In this document: one piece after another, positions 59,566-64,000 of the stretch
Numbering within the stretch: position 1 is the stretch's first letter
How the letters are laid out: every line of letters begins with the position of its first letter
The notes under the pieces: generated by a model
The model's input: only the letters and a program-made list of their open reading frames with translations
Databases searched by the model: none
Told to the model about the DNA's origin: nothing
Source: Candidatus Falkowbacteria bacterium RIFOXYA2_FULL_47_19
GTDB lineage: Bacteria > Patescibacteriota > Patescibacteriia > Patescibacteriales > UBA12075
DNA: 64,000 nt
Reading direction: 5' to 3'
NCBI GenBank assembly: GCA_001780275.1
Contig: MFGB01000007.1
Coordinates: 2,280-66,279, forward strand
Translations under genes and position numbers: made by a program

Positions 59566-59735
59566 ATTTTTATAACAATGATATTAAATGTTGGATATTA
59601 GATATTATGCTACAGTTTTAAATAACGATTTTTAGCCGAAATAATATCCAATATCCGATATCCAATATCGGATTCTATCTCCCGATATTCGTCTATTGTG
59701 CAATCTTAATCGCCGATCGGAAATCGTCAATCACA

Positions 59736-60449
59736 CTATCCCCATAACCCCAGTATCTTTAAAATTCCGGCTTTGATCGCGCCGATGAAACCCGACCAGA
59801 CGGCCGCGATTCCCCCGTTATCATCCGGCCGATCATCTTCCGCGCCGCTGCCGGCGCCCTCCGCGCAATCGCTTTCTTCAAATGAACACAGTCCGCCCTC
59901 GGCGGATTCTTCCGATTCATCCCAAAGCACGTCCAAAGCCGCTTCAACCGGTTCATCTGTCGTTATTTCCACTTGCGGCGCGGCGATCTCCGTATCATCG
60001 GCTGGATTTTTCGGATTTAAATCAACCGTCCTGTTTTCTTTTTTTATTTCGCCGTTAATTTCGACTTCCGTTTCCGTTTCGGCTTTATCGCTATCAACAT
60101 TAACCTGGTTCTCTATTTTTAATAGAACGCCGTTTTCCGTTTCTTTCTCCGTCTTTATGTCCATTACCCTTGTTCCGTTTATCTCTGTCTCGATCTCAAT
60201 CTCAGAGCGCGTTTTCCCCTCTATAACGGCGCCGTTTTTCGCCGTATTACCGCCGCTTGAAGCTGAAGTTTTTATATCATTGGTGATTTCCACACTCCCG
60301 GAATCATCATAATAATAAACCTCGTCATATTCGGCCATCAAATCATCAAGGCTAAAAGCCCGCGTCCCGGCCGGCAGAAGCAACAACGATGCTATGATAA
60401 TATAATTGATTTTTTTAAAATATTTTATGAACATAAAGAAGGTTCGCAT
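59736..60449 (-). CDS. secreted protein with one Asn/Thr/Gly repeat-like unit
   Basis: Signal peptide; ITNDIKTSASSGGN...VIEG; acidic linker; amphipathic C-terminus. Confidence 0.75.
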   Translation of the reverse strand: MRTFFMFIKYFKKINYIIIASLLLLPAGTRAFSLDDLMAEYDEVYYYDDSGSVEITNDIKTSASSGGNTAKNGAVIEGKTRSEIEIETEINGTRVMDIKTEKETENGVLLKIENQVNVDSDKAETETEVEINGEIKKENRTVDLNPKNPADDTEIAAPQVEITTDEPVEAALDVLWDESEESAEGGLCSFEESDCAEGAGSGAEDDRPDDNGGIAAVWSGFIGAIKAGILKILGLWG

Positions 60450-60516
60450 GACATATCTATAATATTAAGTGAAGAGCATTGTGAATTATGCGATTAAACG
60501 GCGGGCTGGCCGGCGG

Positions 60517-60544
60517 GTAGAGACGAAGCATGCTTCGTCTCTAC
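60517..60544. repeat. GTAG-type REP-like palindrome
   Basis: GTAGAGACGAAGCATGCTTCGTCTCTAC. Confidence 0.8.
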
Positions 60545-60581
60545 CGCCTGCCGCCCTTACTGTATCCTCGTCTATCAACCA

Positions 60582-61748
60582 TTAGAATCTGATCCTGTTT
60601 ATTATCCGGTTTACCGTATTAACAACGCGGGTTTCGCTTGAACTTGGTCCGGTAGTGATAGTACCGCCCCAGCCGGCATTTCCGCCTGCGCCGCCTGCGC
60701 CGCCGATATTATCGTCTTCCGAACCGGTGATCGTTCCGCCGTTTCCGGCCGCTGTGCCGTCTCCGCCATTAGCGGTATTATCGCCGGTTAAAGCATCGGC
60801 CTCGGCCGTATTGCTTATGGTAGCCCGATCCCGATTATTGATCACTATTCTTTCAGTGTTAGAAGCCAGTCCGTCATCGATATCGCAATCGCAGGGCGCG
60901 ATATTCGTCCGGTCGATATTAACCCTGTTCCTGACAGTCGCTACGGAAGTCGCTGCTCCGGTAATGATATTGCCGCCGTCGCCGCCGATACCGCCGGCAC
61001 CGCCGGCACCGCCCGTATTGGCGTCATCGGAATCGACTACGTTGCCTCCGTGTCCGGCCGCTCCGCCGGCACCGCCATTGGCCGTGTTATTGCCGGTAGA
61101 AGCGAGGGAATGGACAACGTTCGTGATTACCGCCTCCTTATCGTTCGTTACCTCGATCTGCAAATTCCTTTCTCCGTCTTCATCACAGTCTTCGTCGCAA
61201 TCTTCGTCGCAATCTTCGTCCGGGCAGACTTCATCGTACTCGATCGAAACCGCGTCAACATCAAAAGCATCCGCATCGTCATTATGTAAGTCCGGGTTGG
61301 TGGTATCGACCAATCTTACGTATTTAACGCATTGGTCGACTTCGAAGGTGGTCACGCTGTCGCCTATACCGTTATCGTTATTGGCCGAGCCGACGAAATT
61401 AAAATCTATCCCGTCATCACTAACATACACATCAGCGGTTTCCGCCGGGTAAGGTCCGCCGGTAGTCTCGTAAGTGGCCAGAGTAAGAACGCCGGACGCT
61501 TTGACCGGGAATTCAAGCGTCAACTCGCCGCCGAAACCCAAAGAAACGAAATCGCCGTCGTTCGGGCCCAGAGCGTCTGTCGGATCACTCCTTGACGCGC
61601 TGACCGGATCGCCGTCATTCTGATCCCCCTGATTGAATTCGTCGACGCTATCGGCAAAATCAAGAATGGCCGCATCCGCGTAGAACGAGGACATGAATGG
61701 TGATAGGGCCAGCATAAGCCCTAAAATAAAGATAAATGTTTTCTTCAT
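60582..61748 (-). CDS. secreted protein: N-terminal beta-sandwich domain plus two Gly-rich Asn/Thr/Gly repeats
   Basis: Signal peptide; ALG..D..FVSLGFGG...FDVDAV domain; (CDED)n linker; ASTGNNTANGG...IITGAA and ALTGDNTANGG...ITTGPS. Confidence 0.8.
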   Translation of the reverse strand: MKKTFIFILGLMLALSPFMSSFYADAAILDFADSVDEFNQGDQNDGDPVSASRSDPTDALGPNDGDFVSLGFGGELTLEFPVKASGVLTLATYETTGGPYPAETADVYVSDDGIDFNFVGSANNDNGIGDSVTTFEVDQCVKYVRLVDTTNPDLHNDDADAFDVDAVSIEYDEVCPDEDCDEDCDEDCDEDGERNLQIEVTNDKEAVITNVVHSLASTGNNTANGGAGGAAGHGGNVVDSDDANTGGAGGAGGIGGDGGNIITGAATSVATVRNRVNIDRTNIAPCDCDIDDGLASNTERIVINNRDRATISNTAEADALTGDNTANGGDGTAAGNGGTITGSEDDNIGGAGGAGGNAGWGGTITTGPSSSETRVVNTVNRIINRIRF

Positions 61749-61915
61749 AAGATTTTTCCGTTAAGTCTTAATGTACTTAAAAAGGATTCAAACAAAGAAC
61801 ATCGACCTTTTATTTATTTTTATTCTTTAATCCTTTGGGTAAGATCGGCCCCGGCACCGATCCTGCCCAAAGGAAGGAAGTCCTTTCTTCCTTCTTCGGT
61901 TTTTTTATTTAAACG

Positions 61916-64000
61916 CTAAACAGCCTGTGTTTTTCGCCTTAAATATAAACCCGCGACGCCGAGCGACACCATGATCGCGGAGAGCGCGATTAACTCGTCA
62001 AAGCCGAATCCGGTTTCCGGTAATGTCGAACGCACCTCTAGATTAGCCGCGGCTCTTACGGGTTCGTGGTTATCCGCCCGCGCCTCCGCCCGATTGACGT
62101 ATACGCCCGCGGCCGCGTTTCGGTCAACGTTTGCCGAAATTATGATTTCCCGGCTCGCTCCGGAAGTTAGATCGCCGAGCATGAACGTTTTAGAGCTCGT
62201 GCCGTTATCGACGAAAGTGAGGCCGGACGGCAGGGTGTCGGTCATGACCGCGTTGAAAGCCGTTAAGTTGCCGGTATTCCTGACCGTAACCGTGAATTTT
62301 ATGTTGTCGCCGGGTCTGGCGAAAACGCGGTCGATCTTCTTGGTTATGGAAAGTACCGGTTCGCCCTCTTCTCCCCTGACGCAAACTTCATCCGATAAAG
62401 TATTTAAGGCGATTTCCGTCCCGAAAATTATATTCGAATTATTGACGGCTATCGGACGGACATAATAGGTTTTCCCGATATCCAGACCGATGATCGATTC
62501 CTCGTGGCCGGTAACTTCTTCGTTGTCTTCCACAGTCGAAAAAGCGTAACCGAAATTTGGAGCCGTGCTCGTGCCGATATCCGCGTGGGAAACGGTATCG
62601 TAAACAAGGCGTGAAGAGGCCGGTTTGGACGTTAACCAGGAAAATATCAGAAAATCGCAACCGGAATTTACATTCTGAAAATTCTTTATTTCGAATTGAG
62701 GTATGCTGCCGCCGCCTCCGCCGCCGCCGTTACTACCGCCTCCGCCGTTACTACCGCCGCCGCCGTTACTACCGCCGCCGCCATTGCCATTATCGGCGGG
62801 CTGTTTATAATTTACGAAATCAACGGTTTTGTCCTCGATTTTATGTTCTTCTTTGTCCGCTTGTAGGCTTACGGTCGCCATGCCGTTAGCAGGATCAACA
62901 TAGCTCCAGCCGGAAGGAAGGGTCTCGGTAATAGTGTAATCACCCTCCGGAAGTCCGCCGAAAACAGTACAGCCGTTTACCGTTCCCTGGGTGGTCGTGG
63001 CTACGTTACCGCCCGCCAACGTAAACTGCCAGACGGACGTGGTGGTAGCGCGATCGCCGGTCGTCGAAGCCGAGCCGTCCGCGTCTTCGTATTTGCATAC
63101 CTTGATCGACCCCTCCGGTTCCCGGAAGTTTACGAACTTTACGGTTTTATCCTCGCATTCTTCAAGGTTCACGGTGGTCGTGCCATCGGCCGGATCGACG
63201 AAACTCCAGCCGAAAAGAAGGGTTTCGGTAATTGTATAATCTCCGGCCGGAAGCTCATCGAAAACGGCGCAACCGTCCACGGTCGATCTTGCGGTCGTAG
63301 CCATGCCGTCATCGATAGTATATTGCCAGATACTGTCGGATAATATCCGGTCGTCAGTGGTCGAGGCCAGACCGTCTTTGTCTTCATATTTGCAGACTTT
63401 GATCGAGCCGGTGTTATCGCCTCCGCCTCCGCCGCCTCCGCCGCCTCCGCCATTACCCTCTTCTTTGAAATTTACGAAATTAACGGTTTTGTTTTCTCCT
63501 TTGGAGAGCTTCGCGGCCATGATTCCGCCAGCGGGATCGACGAAACTCCAGCCGGAAAGAAGGGTTTCGGTAATAGTATAATCCCCGGCCGGAAGCTCAT
63601 CGAAAACGGCGCAGCCGTCCACGGTCGATCTTACGGTCGTAGCCGTATCGCCGTTAAGGGTATATTCCCAGACGCTATCGGTTAGCGTCCGGTCGTCCGT
63701 AGTCGAAGCCGAGCCGTCCGCATCTTCGTATTTGCAGACTTTGATCGAACCTTTGAGTGCGGGAGGAACGGGTTCTTCCTTGTGATTTACGAAAGCGATG
63801 AACTTGTTTTCCGCGTTGCCGAGATTAGCTGTCAGTATGCCATTATCGGGAACCAGAAAAGACCACCCGGAGGGCAGGGTTTCCGTAACGGTATAACTAC
63901 CCGCTTCCAGACCGATAAAGGCGGTGCAGCCGTTTTCGGTCGTCTGTATTTTATCCGCGCCTCCGGAAAGGGTATATTCCCAGACCGTATCGGAAAGTAC
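61916..64000 (-). CDS. LPXTG cell-wall-anchored protein with SdrD-B/CnaB-like repeats, FN3-like and DUF11 domains (5' end beyond window)
   Basis: Frame open to the window edge; repeats GSIKVCKYED...GC..F..L..G.YTITETL..GW...FVN; LPETG, TM, RRK tail. Confidence 0.9.
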   Translation of the reverse strand, partial: VLSDTVWEYTLSGGADKIQTTENGCTAFIGLEAGSYTVTETLPSGWSFLVPDNGILTANLGNAENKFIAFVNHKEEPVPPALKGSIKVCKYEDADGSASTTDDRTLTDSVWEYTLNGDTATTVRSTVDGCAVFDELPAGDYTITETLLSGWSFVDPAGGIMAAKLSKGENKTVNFVNFKEEGNGGGGGGGGGGGDNTGSIKVCKYEDKDGLASTTDDRILSDSIWQYTIDDGMATTARSTVDGCAVFDELPAGDYTITETLLFGWSFVDPADGTTTVNLEECEDKTVKFVNFREPEGSIKVCKYEDADGSASTTGDRATTTSVWQFTLAGGNVATTTQGTVNGCTVFGGLPEGDYTITETLPSGWSYVDPANGMATVSLQADKEEHKIEDKTVDFVNYKQPADNGNGGGGSNGGGGSNGGGGSNGGGGGGGSIPQFEIKNFQNVNSGCDFLIFSWLTSKPASSRLVYDTVSHADIGTSTAPNFGYAFSTVEDNEEVTGHEESIIGLDIGKTYYVRPIAVNNSNIIFGTEIALNTLSDEVCVRGEEGEPVLSITKKIDRVFARPGDNIKFTVTVRNTGNLTAFNAVMTDTLPSGLTFVDNGTSSKTFMLGDLTSGASREIIISANVDRNAAAGVYVNRAEARADNHEPVRAAANLEVRSTLPETGFGFDELIALSAIMVSLGVAGLYLRRKTQAV

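Noticed and set aside
1..64000. CRISPR array, prophage, integron, DGR or retron
   Set aside because: No regularly spaced 23-47 bp repeats with unique spacers, and no cas, integrase, transposase, reverse transcriptase or phage structural genes recognised
1..64000. Alternative genetic code (TGA recoding as in Gracilibacteria/Absconditabacteria)
   Set aside because: Conserved genes are full length under code 11, and prfA, hydA and mnmA end at TGA at the expected positions

Overview
Chromosomal window from a small-genome, single-membrane (monoderm-type) bacterium using standard code 11. It is most consistent with Patescibacteria/CPR (Parcubacteria-like); this is an inference from the SD-less AT-rich starts of core genes, the CPR-type pilin, DUF3048/CAP/DUF11 surface proteins and the Lys-rich L31 tail. 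Core genes: lexA, rpmE, prfA, prmC, rplY, rodA, gyrB, radC, mscL, cca, gap, tsf, rpsB, mnmA, tRNA-Pro(CGG) and tRNA-Ala(CGC). Other content: a MacAB-like ABC exporter, a heterodimeric ABC exporter, an exopolysaccharide-like locus, and a gap-nuoF-like-[FeFe]-hydrogenase-ECF S-component-like operon with a nearby ferredoxin. At the right end is a sortase cluster containing an LPETG protein and three secreted proteins that share an unnamed Asn/Thr/Gly-rich repeat, a candidate surface-fibre system. Non-coding highlights: a 6S-like rod RNA; a second structured RNA behind a near-consensus promoter; boxA-like motifs in front of SD-led accessory genes; and pervasive heptamer and REP-like repeats that have inserted in frame into prmC and mnmA. 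mnmA also carries three stacked copies of its 5' end, two of them interrupted at the same codon. No CRISPR array, rRNA, integrase, transposase or reverse transcriptase was seen. All calls are by eye, without database searches.
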